Shown: one piece after another, positions 17,111 to 27,687 of the stretch | How positions within the stretch are numbered: position 1 is the first letter of the stretch | How the letters are laid out: every line of letters starts with the position of its first letter | From: Candidatus Woesebacteria bacterium GW2011_GWF1_31_35 | GTDB lineage: Bacteria > Patescibacteriota > Microgenomatia > UBA8517 | Assembly (NCBI GenBank): GCA_001029755.1 | Contig: CP011214.1 | Location: forward strand, 711,258-775,257 | DNA: 64,000 bases | Reading direction: 5' to 3' | Made by a program: the position numbers and the translations under genes | Notes under the pieces: model-generated | What the model was told of the DNA's origin: nothing | Databases searched by the model: none | What the model saw: only the letters and a program-made list of their open reading frames with translations

Positions 17111-19961
17111 CTTCTAATGATATACCAAATTCTCCTTTAACAATCTTATTAATAAGTGTCTTTTCAATAACCCATTTTTTAAGATTATCTGTTTTTGGCA
17201 TCCATGGTGAAGATAAATTGACTTTATTATCTATTTGAACTCCTAGTTCTTTTCTAGCAGCTTGAATTTTTCTTATTAAATCTCTTGTATCAGCTTCCTC
17301 TTTTAGTTCTGGTGTAATTAAAAGATCTAATTTGTTTATTTTTTCACCCCAAGAAATTGACTTAATATTTAGTTCATCCAAAATTAATTTTTCAAGCCCG
17401 TTAATTTCCAATTTATTATTTTTAATTTTTAAATTATTTAAAGGTTGTCTTACAGGAATATTATTTTCTTTTCTTAAATAATGTCCTAATTCAACTATTT
17501 CTCGTACAATTTGCATTTCTCGTATTAATTTCTTATCACTTGGTTTTTCTTTTTTATTTAACTTAGGCCATACTGCTAGATGCACTGATTCTTCTTTTAT
17601 TAAATTTACATATATTACTTCTGCTAAAAATGGTGTAAATGGGGCAAGAAGCTTACATAAAGTTATCAAAACATGATGAGTAGTACTAAAAAAATCTGAA
17701 TTTTTACGATCTCTTGACCTTCTTATATACCACAAGGATAAATCATCAACAAACTTTTCAATCTCAGAGCTTGCGTTATAGGCACTAAATAATTCCAAAC
17801 TATTGGTTACTTCCTGAATTGTTTCATCTAATCTAATTAAAATCCATTTGTCTAATACATTTTCAGAAGATATATTTTTAATTGGTTTCCACTTATCTGT
17901 ATTTGCATAAGTTACAAAAAAATTATAAATATTCCAAAGTTTTAAGTGAAACTGTCGCCTTGTTTCATCAGCTAATTTATAACCAAATAATAAATTTTGA
18001 GAAGGATCTTGTCTAACAAACATCCATCTCATAACATCAGCTCCAATTTTATCAGCAGCTTCATTAAATTCAATTGCATTACCCCATGATTTATGCATAG
18101 CTCTTCCATCTTCACCCAAAGCCGTTGCATAACCTAAAACCTTTTTAAATGGATTTGTGTCTTCTAAAACTGTACTCATGGCAATCATTGAATAAAACCA
18201 GTTTTTAAACTGACCTGGAAAACTTTCAGTTATAAAATCAATTGGATACCATCTTTCCCATTCTTTTCTATCTATAAGATATAAAGGTTTAGATTTATTG
18301 TCTTTAGAAATTGTAGAGAATGGCACAATTCCAGCGTCAAGCCAAGGATTTCCTACAGGCTCAATTCTTGAAACAATCTCCCCACATTTTGAACATTTAA
18401 TTTTTACCTCATCTATTTGTGGTTTATGGGGTGATTTACCATCAAACTTATCCCACCCTAAAACAGCTTTTTCTTTTAGTTCTTCTTTACTACCTAAAAC
18501 ATCAAAATTACCACATTTGGTGCATTCCCAAATAGGAAGAGCTAATCCCCAATATCTATTTTTCTTACTTATAAGCCAATCATGCATGTTGTCAAGCCAG
18601 TCGATTTCTCTCTTTAATCCAAACTCTGGAATCCAACTAATTTTGTTTGTTACCTTCTTCATTCTTTCACGAAGTGTTGGCTTACCTTGATCCATAGATA
18701 TATACCATTCATCTGTAACCTTCCAAACAAGCTCTGTCTTGCATCTCCAACAAGCTGGATATCTATGTGTATATTTTTCAATCTTAAATACAAACTTTTT
18801 TTCTTCCATATAATCTAAGATAAGTCTTGGATTCTTTTTTGCATTTTGTCCACTTAAAAAATCAAAACCCTGAATATATGAAGCGTCATCATTTATTACA
18901 GGGATCATTGGAAGACCTAATTCTTTACCTAGTTTAAAATCTTCAGTTCCAGCAGAAACAGCGGTGTGCACCATACCCGTACCCTCTGTTGTGGTAATTG
19001 GCATTATTAAATCATTTGTTGCAATAACTATGTGAAATTTATCTGAAGATTTAGAAACTTCTGCTACTGCAGGTAGATTGTCAAAAGCACCTGAATATTT
19101 TAATCCTACCAGTTCTTTACCTTTGACTTTTTTAATTTCTTTGTATTCATGTCCTACTAATATCCTTTCTTTTGCTTCGTCTGCTAACCAATACCTAAGA
19201 CCATCAACTTCTACTAAAACATAATCGATTTTTTTATCTACAGCAACCGCAATATTTGCAGGTATTGTCCAAGGAGTTGTTGTCCAAACTAATAAATTCT
19301 CATCTGTTCCATCGATTGGAAACCTCATATAAATAGATTCATGAGTTGATTCTTTATAGTCTTCAGTTAACATCTCATGCTGGCTAATTGCAGTCTCACA
19401 TCTAGGACACCATGGTACAGAATCCTTACCTTTATAAAGCCAACCATTTTTATGGCAAACTGAAAGAAAATGCCAAATCATATAATTATTATCATCAGAC
19501 ATTGTGTAATATGAATTATCCCAATCAGCAAAATAACCTAGACGCTTACTTTGCTCAGTTTGAATAGCAGAATACTTTTTAACTCTTTCTTTACAAAGTT
19601 CTACAAATTTATCCACTCCAAATTTTTCAATATCCTTTTTATTCTTAAATCCAAGTTCCTTTTCTACTTCTACTTCAACCCAAAGACCTTGACAATCAAA
19701 CCCATTTTGATGTCTTTGTTTAAATCCTTGCATATTTTTAAAGCGAGGCCATAAATCTTTATAAGTCCTTCCCCATGCATGATGTACCCCCATTGGATTA
19801 TTTGCAGTTATTGGACCATCTTGGAAAGAAAAATATTCTTTTGAATCTTTATTTATATCTAAATATTTGTCAACAATACCATTTTTATACCAACGACTAA
19901 GCAGTTCTTTTTCAAGAACTATGAAATCAACTTTAGGATCTACTGGGTCGAAATAGGCCAT
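17100..19961 (-). CDS. ileS: isoleucyl-tRNA synthetase (class I, type 2)
   Basis: PITANNPMGVHHAWG is HIGH-like, KMHKSWGN is KMSKS, CPRCETAIS and CTKCGNF...CSKCGEIV are Zn knuckles, and DWLISKKNRYWGLALPIW matches the IleS DW(A/C)ISRQRYWG motif. The protein is 953 aa. Confidence 0.75.
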   Translation of the reverse strand: MAYFDPVDPKVDFIVLEKELLSRWYKNGIVDKYLDINKDSKEYFSFQDGPITANNPMGVHHAWGRTYKDLWPRFKNMQGFKQRHQNGFDCQGLWVEVEVEKELGFKNKKDIEKFGVDKFVELCKERVKKYSAIQTEQSKRLGYFADWDNSYYTMSDDNNYMIWHFLSVCHKNGWLYKGKDSVPWCPRCETAISQHEMLTEDYKESTHESIYMRFPIDGTDENLLVWTTTPWTIPANIAVAVDKKIDYVLVEVDGLRYWLADEAKERILVGHEYKEIKKVKGKELVGLKYSGAFDNLPAVAEVSKSSDKFHIVIATNDLIMPITTTEGTGMVHTAVSAGTEDFKLGKELGLPMIPVINDDASYIQGFDFLSGQNAKKNPRLILDYMEEKKFVFKIEKYTHRYPACWRCKTELVWKVTDEWYISMDQGKPTLRERMKKVTNKISWIPEFGLKREIDWLDNMHDWLISKKNRYWGLALPIWECTKCGNFDVLGSKEELKEKAVLGWDKFDGKSPHKPQIDEVKIKCSKCGEIVSRIEPVGNPWLDAGIVPFSTISKDNKSKPLYLIDRKEWERWYPIDFITESFPGQFKNWFYSMIAMSTVLEDTNPFKKVLGYATALGEDGRAMHKSWGNAIEFNEAADKIGADVMRWMFVRQDPSQNLLFGYKLADETRRQFHLKLWNIYNFFVTYANTDKWKPIKNISSENVLDKWILIRLDETIQEVTNSLELFSAYNASSEIEKFVDDLSLWYIRRSRDRKNSDFFSTTHHVLITLCKLLAPFTPFLAEVIYVNLIKEESVHLAVWPKLNKKEKPSDKKLIREMQIVREIVELGHYLRKENNIPVRQPLNNLKIKNNKLEINGLEKLILDELNIKSISWGEKINKLDLLITPELKEEADTRDLIRKIQAARKELGVQIDNKVNLSSPWMPKTDNLKKWVIEKTLINKIVKGEFGISLEDEI

Positions 19962-20027
19962 GAAGCTATTTTACAACAGAAATCTAAAGTTTGCTCTAGA
20001 TATCTTTGAATTAGAATTTATTTGAGG

Positions 20028-20252
20028 TTAATTTATCAATTTTTCTACTTCTCTACGATAAATTGCAGGACATCCATTCTCTCCCAAAGGACAATCTTTA
20101 TTTAATTTGCTTAAATCAAATCTTTTCATTGCAATACTAAAGGCTACATAAACAAAATCATTTCTACCCCCATCTTCTTTTTCAAAGGATATTTTTCCCT
20201 CATCAAACTTCTTCTTTAAAAGACTATATGGACATTTTTCACAAGAAATCAT
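20028..20252 (-). CDS. hypothetical small Cys-rich protein (74 aa)
   Basis: ORF track entry. It has CxxC at the N-terminus and a CPLGENGCP motif, and its start overlaps the stop of the upstream small ORF by 4 nt. Confidence 0.3.
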   Translation of the reverse strand: MISCEKCPYSLLKKKFDEGKISFEKEDGGRNDFVYVAFSIAMKRFDLSKLNKDCPLGENGCPAIYRREVEKLIN

Positions 20253-20452
20253 TTTTCTTTAAATCGGGAACAATTTTTCCTTGTATTACAGTCTTTAGTA
20301 CATTCTCTCGATTTTGTAAATTGCCTAATTCTTACACCACTTGGATAATTTTTGCCTACACCAGTATCATTACAGTCTGTTCCCATACCTTGATATTTAC
20401 ATATTTGAAAATCAATATCATTTGCATTAGTATCTCTATGTATTTCTGGCAT
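20249..20452 (-). CDS. hypothetical small Cys-rich protein (67 aa)
   Basis: ORF track entry with 6 Cys (CKYQG...DCNDTG...ECTKDCNTRKNC). Confidence 0.3.
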   Translation of the reverse strand: MPEIHRDTNANDIDFQICKYQGMGTDCNDTGVGKNYPSGVRIRQFTKSRECTKDCNTRKNCSRFKEK

Positions 20453-20695
20453 ATATAATTTATTTGAATTTTACTAAAATAATTAACTTCTCTCAATTCC
20501 CCAAATATTATTTTTTAAACTCTCAGGTCTATTTCTTAGAGGATTTTACTGAATTAAACCCTCAGTAATTCTTCTTAAACCCATCTTTTTTGTATCAGAT
20601 TTTCCATTTTCTATACCTTCATTGATTAACATTCTTCCAATACGACATGCTATTTTTGAATGTTCACTTATTTCTAACTCAGATCTCTTCATAAT

Positions 20696-21868
20696 TTAAT
20701 GAATCTTTCTTAAGAAAGCCGGAATTTCAAACTTTTCTCCAAAACTATCGTCATCTTTAGAATCATTGTCATCATTATCTTCATAATCTCCATTTTTATC
20801 ACTCATATTTCTTTCATCTTCACTTGTTTCTTCATTGTTTTTATTAACTTCTGAAATAACTCCTTGAACAATTGGTTTAATATTAGGCCTCATTTGAGCA
20901 ATTCTACTTCTTGTTTCATCAAACCCTGTTGCAATGACAGTAATCCTTACCTGATCTACTAAATCATCTTTTATAACTGCTCCAAAAATTATATTTGCAT
21001 CTTGATCTGCAGCTGATGAAATTATTTTTGCAGCCTCATCAACTTCAAACATAGTTAAGTCACGTCCTCCAGCAATATTAAATAAAACCCCTCTTGCTCC
21101 TTCAATAGAAAGATCTAAAAGTGGAGAACTAACTGCGGCACGTGCTGCCATTTGAGCCCTATTTTCACCAACTCCAGTTCCAATACCTAAAAGTGCTGTA
21201 CCCGCTGAATTCATGATAGTTTTAACGTCAGCAAAATCAACATTAACAAGTCCTGGAGTAGTAATTATTTCAGCAATTCCACCAACACCTTGTTCCAATA
21301 CTGAATCAACAACCTTAAAAGCATCAACTAAAGACATCTTTCTATCAATAACATCCATTAACCTTTGATTTGGAATAACAATTAATGTATCAACTGCTTC
21401 TCTTAACTTTTCAATACCATCTTCAGCAGTTACTGTTCTTCTTGTTCCTTCAAAAGCAAAAGGCTTGGTAACAATTCCAACTGTTAAGGCTCCGGATTCT
21501 CTAGCAAGTTTTGCAATAACAGGAGCAGCTCCAGTTCCGGTTCCTCCACCCATTCCAGCTGTAACAAAAACCATATCAGTATCAATCATTAATTCTTTTA
21601 GTTTTTCCAATGATTCTTCAGCAGCTTGAGCTCCAATTTCAGGATTTCCACCAACACCCAATCCTTTAGTTATTTTTTCACCAATTTGAATTTTAGTTGG
21701 AGCCTTGTTGGCAAGAAGAACTTGCGCATCAGTATTTACTGCAATAAATTCAACTCCGGAAATTGCACCATTTTCAACCATTGAAGAGACTGCGTTTCCA
21801 CCACCGCCACCAACTCCAATTACTTTTATTTTTGCAAGTCTTGCAGAATCAGGTTTTACTAAAGCCAT
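20696..21868 (-). CDS. ftsZ: cell division protein FtsZ
   Basis: [10 protein letters not shown] and [13 protein letters not shown] are the tubulin signature, with NTDAQ and an acidic C-terminal tail. Confidence 0.95.
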   Translation of the reverse strand: MALVKPDSARLAKIKVIGVGGGGGNAVSSMVENGAISGVEFIAVNTDAQVLLANKAPTKIQIGEKITKGLGVGGNPEIGAQAAEESLEKLKELMIDTDMVFVTAGMGGGTGTGAAPVIAKLARESGALTVGIVTKPFAFEGTRRTVTAEDGIEKLREAVDTLIVIPNQRLMDVIDRKMSLVDAFKVVDSVLEQGVGGIAEIITTPGLVNVDFADVKTIMNSAGTALLGIGTGVGENRAQMAARAAVSSPLLDLSIEGARGVLFNIAGGRDLTMFEVDEAAKIISSAADQDANIIFGAVIKDDLVDQVRITVIATGFDETRSRIAQMRPNIKPIVQGVISEVNKNNEETSEDERNMSDKNGDYEDNDDNDSKDDDSFGEKFEIPAFLRKIH

Positions 21869-21951
21869 ATTAAATTTAAAAATTACTGAGGCAGGTTAAC
21901 TATTGGCATTATATCGACTTTCAACATAATGTCAAAGCCTATAAAAATTTG

Positions 21952-23214
21952 TTAAGGCAGAAGATCTTTTATAGATTCAACTATCTTATTAAAAAGTCCC
22001 TTTCCAGGTAAACTAATCTTCATTGGAAACTTTTTTCCTGACTCACCAATTTCTTGTTTTGAACCATAGATTAAAAGTCCAATTGGAACAGAAAAAGATG
22101 GATCTAAACAATCATCAATTAAACCTGAAATCCCAGATGGAGCACCTAATCTTGTAGGAAGAGTAAGCATTCTTTTGGCACAATCAATAATCCCAATAGT
22201 TTTTGCTCCACCACCGGTAATAATTGCCCCTGATGGAATTCTGTTTATTATTTTTTCTCTTTCAAGTTCAAGTCTTACCATTGTAAAGATTTCGTTTAAC
22301 CTAGGTCTTATTATTCCTTCAACCAATGTTTTTTTAGAGACTTTACTTACTTCAGAAATTCCCAAATTTTGAAGATCTAGTTCATCTTTATTTTCTTTAT
22401 CATTTTTATTTATTTCGGATAATGAAAGTTTTATCTTTTCAGCACTTTCTAACGAAACCCTTAAGCCAATTGCAATATCGTTAGTTACATTTTTTGCTCC
22501 AACCGGAATAACTCCAGAATAGGATAATGCTCCATCAACGAAGGCTACAACTGAAGTAGTACCAGCTCCAATATCAATTAAAACACAACCTAATTCTTTC
22601 TCTGTTTCAGTAAGACTTGAATATGAAGCAGCCAGCCCTGAAAAAACTAAATCAGATATTTTGATACCAGCCTCTTGAAGCGCTTTTGAAAGATTTTTAA
22701 CTGCAGCGTTTGACGCTGTCACAACATGTGTTTCAACCTCAAGCCTAACTCCACTCATACCAATTGGGTCTTTAACACCCGATTCTCCATCAACAATAAA
22801 TTCGCGGGGTAGAACATGCACAACTTCTCTTGATGCAGGAAGTGATATCGCCGACGCTGCTTCAATTACACGATCGACATCAGAAATCGAAATTTCTCCT
22901 GTTGGACCTGAAACTGCTACAACACCATGTGAATTTTGAGAATGGATATGTGCACCACCTAAAGCTATAAATGCTTCCGATAAATTGTGTCCTGCCATTC
23001 TTTCTGCAGCTTCTATAGAGGAAATTGCCGATTCAACAGATTCTTCGATATTAACAATTTGACCTTTTTTGACACCCTTTGATTCAACTGAAGCAACTCC
23101 AATAATATTTATGGTTTCTTCAAAAGTAGCCTCATCTATTGAAACCTGAGCAACAACTGTTGAAGTCTTTGAGCTTCCAATTTCAATTCCAGCTATAATT
23201 TTACTTTTATTCAT
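21952..23214 (-). CDS. ftsA: cell division protein FtsA
   Basis: IAGIEIGSSKTSTVVAQV is the actin-fold phosphate-1 motif and VLIDIGAGTTSVVAF is phosphate-2. The 420-aa protein sits directly upstream of ftsZ. Confidence 0.9.
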   Translation of the reverse strand: MNKSKIIAGIEIGSSKTSTVVAQVSIDEATFEETINIIGVASVESKGVKKGQIVNIEESVESAISSIEAAERMAGHNLSEAFIALGGAHIHSQNSHGVVAVSGPTGEISISDVDRVIEAASAISLPASREVVHVLPREFIVDGESGVKDPIGMSGVRLEVETHVVTASNAAVKNLSKALQEAGIKISDLVFSGLAASYSSLTETEKELGCVLIDIGAGTTSVVAFVDGALSYSGVIPVGAKNVTNDIAIGLRVSLESAEKIKLSLSEINKNDKENKDELDLQNLGISEVSKVSKKTLVEGIIRPRLNEIFTMVRLELEREKIINRIPSGAIITGGGAKTIGIIDCAKRMLTLPTRLGAPSGISGLIDDCLDPSFSVPIGLLIYGSKQEIGESGKKFPMKISLPGKGLFNKIVESIKDLLP

Positions 23215-23221
23215 AATTAGT

Positions 23222-23956
23222 CTATCTTAATACGGGATTTTTAAAACGCAAATCTATTTCTTTGATATCTTCCATTCTAATTCCTTGTGAACCATCATTC
23301 AAGCGTGAAAATATAAGTCTTAATCCGCCAACTAAACTATCCACATCACCCTCTAACGGAAAACGAACTAAAACACCCTCTTTTAATGTTAGTTTTAATT
23401 CTTCTTTTTCAATAATTCCTTCCTTAACAGAATAAAGCCATGCTACTTTTTCAACAATCTCTAAAGAAAATTTATCTTTTTTATTAATATTTTCCCCAAG
23501 CTTTATATCTACTCTACTTTTAACTATTGTTGGTAAATTAGACTCTTCAGTAATTTCTAAAACAGTTTCATCTTCATCGATTAGATAAAATTTACTACTT
23601 AAACTATCTTTAATTGTATATTTTGGTTTTTTTAAATTTAACTCAATTATTAATTTACTAGGGAATCGATACTGCATTGAAAAATCTCGAATTAAATAAC
23701 TTTCTACCAAAACTTTTGTAACTTCTTTTTTTACTTTTTTATAATCCTTTTGTTCAAAAGTTTTTAATTTAGTTTCAATATCAAAAGGACAAGCATCATA
23801 TTGACTTGAGCATTCTATTTTATTAATTTTAATTAATTTTTGAATCAAAATTGGAATAAATATAATAAATAATAAAATTAATACGATTGAAAGAATTTTA
23901 AAAATATTTAAACTACGTTTATTAGCTTTTCTTTTTACCACAAATTTATTATACAT
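23222..23956 (-). CDS. ftsQ: FtsQ/DivIB-like cell division protein
   Basis: A single N-terminal TM helix (ILSIVLILLFIIFIPILI) is followed by a POTRA-like periplasmic region, and the gene lies immediately upstream of ftsA. The track start at 24007 is TTG, so I used the in-frame ATG at 23956 (MYNKFVVKRK). Confidence 0.5.
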   Translation of the reverse strand: MYNKFVVKRKANKRSLNIFKILSIVLILLFIIFIPILIQKLIKINKIECSSQYDACPFDIETKLKTFEQKDYKKVKKEVTKVLVESYLIRDFSMQYRFPSKLIIELNLKKPKYTIKDSLSSKFYLIDEDETVLEITEESNLPTIVKSRVDIKLGENINKKDKFSLEIVEKVAWLYSVKEGIIEKEELKLTLKEGVLVRFPLEGDVDSLVGGLRLIFSRLNDGSQGIRMEDIKEIDLRFKNPVLR

Positions 23957-24008
23957 TAGATACAAATAGTAAATAATTTTAATTTGTATTTGAGGTATAA
24001 TTATCAAA

Positions 24009-24449
24009 ATGTCAAACGAAAGATTTACTTTACGAGCAGCAGTTTATTTGATACTTCTAAAGGAAGATAAAATATTGCTTTCACGAAGATACAACACAGG
24101 TTGGATGGATGGAAAATATAGTTTGATAGCAGGACACATTGATGGAAATGAATCTGTTGACAAGGCCATGATAAGAGAGTCATGGGAAGAGGCTGGTATT
24201 AAAATTGTCAAAAAAGATTTAAAACCAGCAACAGTACTTCATAGAAAATCATCGGATCAAGAATACATGGATTTCTTTTTTGTTACAAAACAATGGACTG
24301 GTAGACCTACAATTAAAGAGCCTAATAAATGTGATGATATGGATTGGTTTCCACTAAATAATCTCCCTAATAATCTACTCCCCCATATTTTGGAAGCTAT
24401 TAAAAATTATCAAAACAAAACCCCTTTTTCAGAGAGTGGATGGGATTAA
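24009..24449 (+). CDS. NUDIX hydrolase
   Basis: The Nudix box GHIDGNESVDKAMIRESWEEAGI (Gx5Ex7REUxEExGU) is present. This is the only plus-strand gene inside the dcw block. Confidence 0.8.
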   Translation: MSNERFTLRAAVYLILLKEDKILLSRRYNTGWMDGKYSLIAGHIDGNESVDKAMIRESWEEAGIKIVKKDLKPATVLHRKSSDQEYMDFFFVTKQWTGRPTIKEPNKCDDMDWFPLNNLPNNLLPHILEAIKNYQNKTPFSESGWD

Positions 24450-25525
24450 ATATAATCTTCGATTAAATCCACGAGATTTTTAGAAGCAAAAACATCTGGG
24501 CTTACTAAATTAATAGTATTTTTAATAATCTCGGGATAATCACTAATTAACTTACTTATTTCTTCTTCCAATTTTTCTGGTGTCAATTTATCTTGTTGTA
24601 ATATTCTGGCTAAACCCAAACTCTCCATATATTTTGCATTTTCTGTCTGTTCATTATGATAGCTCCAGGGAATTGGAACTAAGATAGAAGGCCTTTTTAA
24701 GGCAATTAATTCTGAAACTGTGTTTGCTCCTGCTCTTGAGATAACTATGTCCGATTTTTCTAATATTGAAAACCATTCAGACGGTTCGGCTTGTCCAATA
24801 TGTAAATATTTTTCATTTACAATTTCTTTAAATTTATTAAAATCTTCATTTCCTGTCTGGTGAATTACAAAATACTTATTCAAAAGACTTTCTAAAATTG
24901 GTTTGACTGCGTTATTAAGCCAAGAAGAACCACGAGAACCACCGGTTATTAAAATTGTTTTAACTTCGAGACTATTAGTTTTTTTTGAAATTTCCAAGAT
25001 ATTTTTATTTATTGGATTCCCAGTTAAAATTAATTTCTCTTTAGGAAAATACTCTTCGCTTGTTTTTCTTGAGATAGCAACTTTTTTAGCAAATTTTGAT
25101 GAAAATATATTAGCCCTACCAGCTGAAGATGTCTGTTCGTGAACAATGACAGGAATTTTTAAAACCCAAGACCAAAATGAGACCAATGATCCAGAAGATC
25201 CCCCTAAAGAAAGCGTTAGATCTGGTTTTATTTTGATAATCAAAAATAAGCTTTGGACAAAACCAAAAGGAATTTTTAATAAAGCTAAAATAGTGTATCT
25301 AGTAAACCTATTTTCTATTTTTCCAGATATTAAATTATAAAATTTGACACCCAGTTTAGGTAAAACTTTATACTCTAAAGATTCAAGTTTATTTCGTTCT
25401 CCTGCATGTTTTCTGCCTACCCAATAAATATCCCAATCTAAATTTCTAGTTTTAATTTCTTCTACAATTGAAAGTCCCGTGGTAGCACCATGACTACCTG
25501 CGAGAAGTAATTTTTTTAGTTTCAT
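24446..25525 (-). CDS. murG: undecaprenyldiphospho-muramoylpentapeptide beta-N-acetylglucosaminyltransferase (MurG, GT28)
   Basis: The N-terminal G-loop LLAGSHGATTG is present along with the C-domain ILITGGSRGS. It sits in the dcw cluster after ftsW. Confidence 0.8.
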   Translation of the reverse strand: MKLKKLLLAGSHGATTGLSIVEEIKTRNLDWDIYWVGRKHAGERNKLESLEYKVLPKLGVKFYNLISGKIENRFTRYTILALLKIPFGFVQSLFLIIKIKPDLTLSLGGSSGSLVSFWSWVLKIPVIVHEQTSSAGRANIFSSKFAKKVAISRKTSEEYFPKEKLILTGNPINKNILEISKKTNSLEVKTILITGGSRGSSWLNNAVKPILESLLNKYFVIHQTGNEDFNKFKEIVNEKYLHIGQAEPSEWFSILEKSDIVISRAGANTVSELIALKRPSILVPIPWSYHNEQTENAKYMESLGLARILQQDKLTPEKLEEEISKLISDYPEIIKNTINLVSPDVFASKNLVDLIEDYI

Positions 25526-26606
25526 ACTTACTTATATTTAATAGTATACCGCAAGACGCTAAAATCATTAAAAGAGAAGTACCACCATATGAGAAAAATG
25601 GTAAAGGAATTCCAGTTAGAGGGGTTAGTGCTGTCATTGAAGAAACGTTTAATAGAATTTGTCCACCAATCCAAGCTGTGATACCAATTGCAAGTATTTT
25701 TGAAAATTGATCAGGTGCACGAGATGCGATTCTAAATGCCTTAAAAACAAAAAAAACAAAAATCGCAATTAAAAGTATTGAACCTATAAAGCCGATTTCT
25801 TCGGAAATTGCTGCAAAAATGGAATCTGTTGCAGCTTCGGGTAAAAACAAATATTTTTGACGTGATTGACCAATTCCAAGACCGAAAAGACCCCCTGATC
25901 CCAATGCAAGTAAAATCTGTCTAATATGATAATCTTTTCCCAAAGGATCTGATGTAACTTTTAAAAAAGTTAATAATCTATCTCTCCTATATGGAGAGGA
26001 AAGAATTAAAGCTCCTACTGAAATTAATCCAATAACTAAAGATCCAAAAAAATATAGAACTGGAACGCCTGCAACAAAAATTTGAGTGATTCCAATAATT
26101 CCAACAACTAAAGTAGTACCTAAATCAGGTTGTAACATAATTAATCCACAGGAAATCGCTAAAGGTATAAAGTAAGAAATTGGTTTTTTAGAAGATTCTG
26201 AGACTCTAGCTAAATATAGCGCTAAGGTGAGTTTTACAATTTCGGAAGGTTGAAAATTAATAAATCCTATTGATATCCAACGTCTGGCTCCAAGTGCTTT
26301 TAAACTTAAGCCGGGGATTAAAACAATCATTAATAAAAATATAGAAATAAAAAATAAAGGGATTGCCAATTTTCTCCAAAAACTATAGTGAATTTTTGAA
26401 GTAATAAGTAATGCAATGATTCCAATTCCTGCCCAAACTATTTGTTGTTTAAAAAAATAGAACTTATCATTAAAAAAATTTAAGGCTTGCGGAGCTGAAA
26501 TATCAGCCACAAAAACAAGACCTAAAATAACTAATGTAATAATTGTATAAAATAACGTTTTATCAAAAGGAAGCTTTGGTTTTTGAAGTGTAAATTTTCT
26601 TCGCAT
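25494..26606 (-). CDS. ftsW: SEDS-family peptidoglycan glycosyltransferase FtsW
   Basis: RRWISIGFINFQPSEIVKL and ATDSIFAAISEEIGFIG are SEDS motifs. It lies between mraY and murG. Confidence 0.8.
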   Translation of the reverse strand: MRRKFTLQKPKLPFDKTLFYTIITLVILGLVFVADISAPQALNFFNDKFYFFKQQIVWAGIGIIALLITSKIHYSFWRKLAIPLFFISIFLLMIVLIPGLSLKALGARRWISIGFINFQPSEIVKLTLALYLARVSESSKKPISYFIPLAISCGLIMLQPDLGTTLVVGIIGITQIFVAGVPVLYFFGSLVIGLISVGALILSSPYRRDRLLTFLKVTSDPLGKDYHIRQILLALGSGGLFGLGIGQSRQKYLFLPEAATDSIFAAISEEIGFIGSILLIAIFVFFVFKAFRIASRAPDQFSKILAIGITAWIGGQILLNVSSMTALTPLTGIPLPFFSYGGTSLLMILASCGILLNISKYETKKITSRR

Positions 26607-26619
26607 TTTTATTAATACG

Positions 26620-27675
26620 TTAAATTGTAGCTAACCAGAGTCCAAAAATAGCTAAAACAATACCTGCAAGCCAGGCTCTCATTACAATTTTAGGTTCTTC
26701 CCAACCAATTGCTAAAAATGTGTGATGAATAGGAGCTAACTTAAAAATTGGTTTCTTTAAAATTTTCCAACCTAATATTTGAATTGCTGATGAAGTTATT
26801 TCTAATACAAATATTCCTCCAATCACAACTAAAGCTATAATACTACCTGTTAATAAGCCTACAACAGCAAGGGTGGCCCCAAATGAAAGTGCACCACTAT
26901 CCCCTAGCCAAATTCTTGCAGGATAAGTATTAAAGTATAAAAATGCAATTAAAGCGCCAATCCAAAGGGCAATAAAAAGAGAAAGTGGAGTATCTAAACT
27001 CCCTGCAGCTATTACTCCAAAAGCAATTAAACAAATCATCAAAAGACCAGGCGCTAACCCATCCAATCCATCTGTAATATTAAATGCATTTGTGAAAGAA
27101 ACTATTACAAACGCAGCAAACGGAACATACCAAATCCCTAGATCAAGTGTTCTTCCTATTATTGGAATATGTAATATATTAACTCCAAGAGACTTATACA
27201 TAACAAAAGAAATTATTCCAGCTAAAACCCATTGGGCAATAAATTTTTGTCTTCTGGTTAAACCAAAAGCTAAGCCTAAAACTCCCTTTGTGGGCTTTCC
27301 TAACATTTTTATATAATCATCAAGAAGCCCTAATAGTCCAAATGAAATAAAAGTAAAGAAAATAATAAAAAGTTCGATTCTTAAATTATATGCAGTCTGA
27401 ACAATAACTCCTAGATATGAACTAATTGGAAATAAAATTGCAAAAAGGAGAGTAACAACTAGAATAATTAAGACTCCTCCACCTACAGGAGTTCCTGCTT
27501 TAATGTCATGCAATTTATCAAAAAGTGGAATTTTCCCATCTCTAGGAGCCTCTTTTTTTCTAGTAAATTTAATTTTATAAAGAAAGTCAATAAAAGGAAC
27601 AACTAATGTAGAAGTTATCAAAAATGAAAAAAGAATAAGTCCCAAGGCAAGTGGTAAAAAGTTATTTGTACCCAT
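26620..27675 (-). CDS. mraY: phospho-N-acetylmuramoyl-pentapeptide transferase
   Basis: NAFNITDGLDGLA is the MraY/WecA signature, with about 10 TM helices and a conserved His-rich loop (PIHHTF). Confidence 0.9.
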   Translation of the reverse strand: MGTNNFLPLALGLILFSFLITSTLVVPFIDFLYKIKFTRKKEAPRDGKIPLFDKLHDIKAGTPVGGGVLIILVVTLLFAILFPISSYLGVIVQTAYNLRIELFIIFFTFISFGLLGLLDDYIKMLGKPTKGVLGLAFGLTRRQKFIAQWVLAGIISFVMYKSLGVNILHIPIIGRTLDLGIWYVPFAAFVIVSFTNAFNITDGLDGLAPGLLMICLIAFGVIAAGSLDTPLSLFIALWIGALIAFLYFNTYPARIWLGDSGALSFGATLAVVGLLTGSIIALVVIGGIFVLEITSSAIQILGWKILKKPIFKLAPIHHTFLAIGWEEPKIVMRAWLAGIVLAIFGLWLATI

Positions 27676-27687
27676 ACTGTATGAAAA

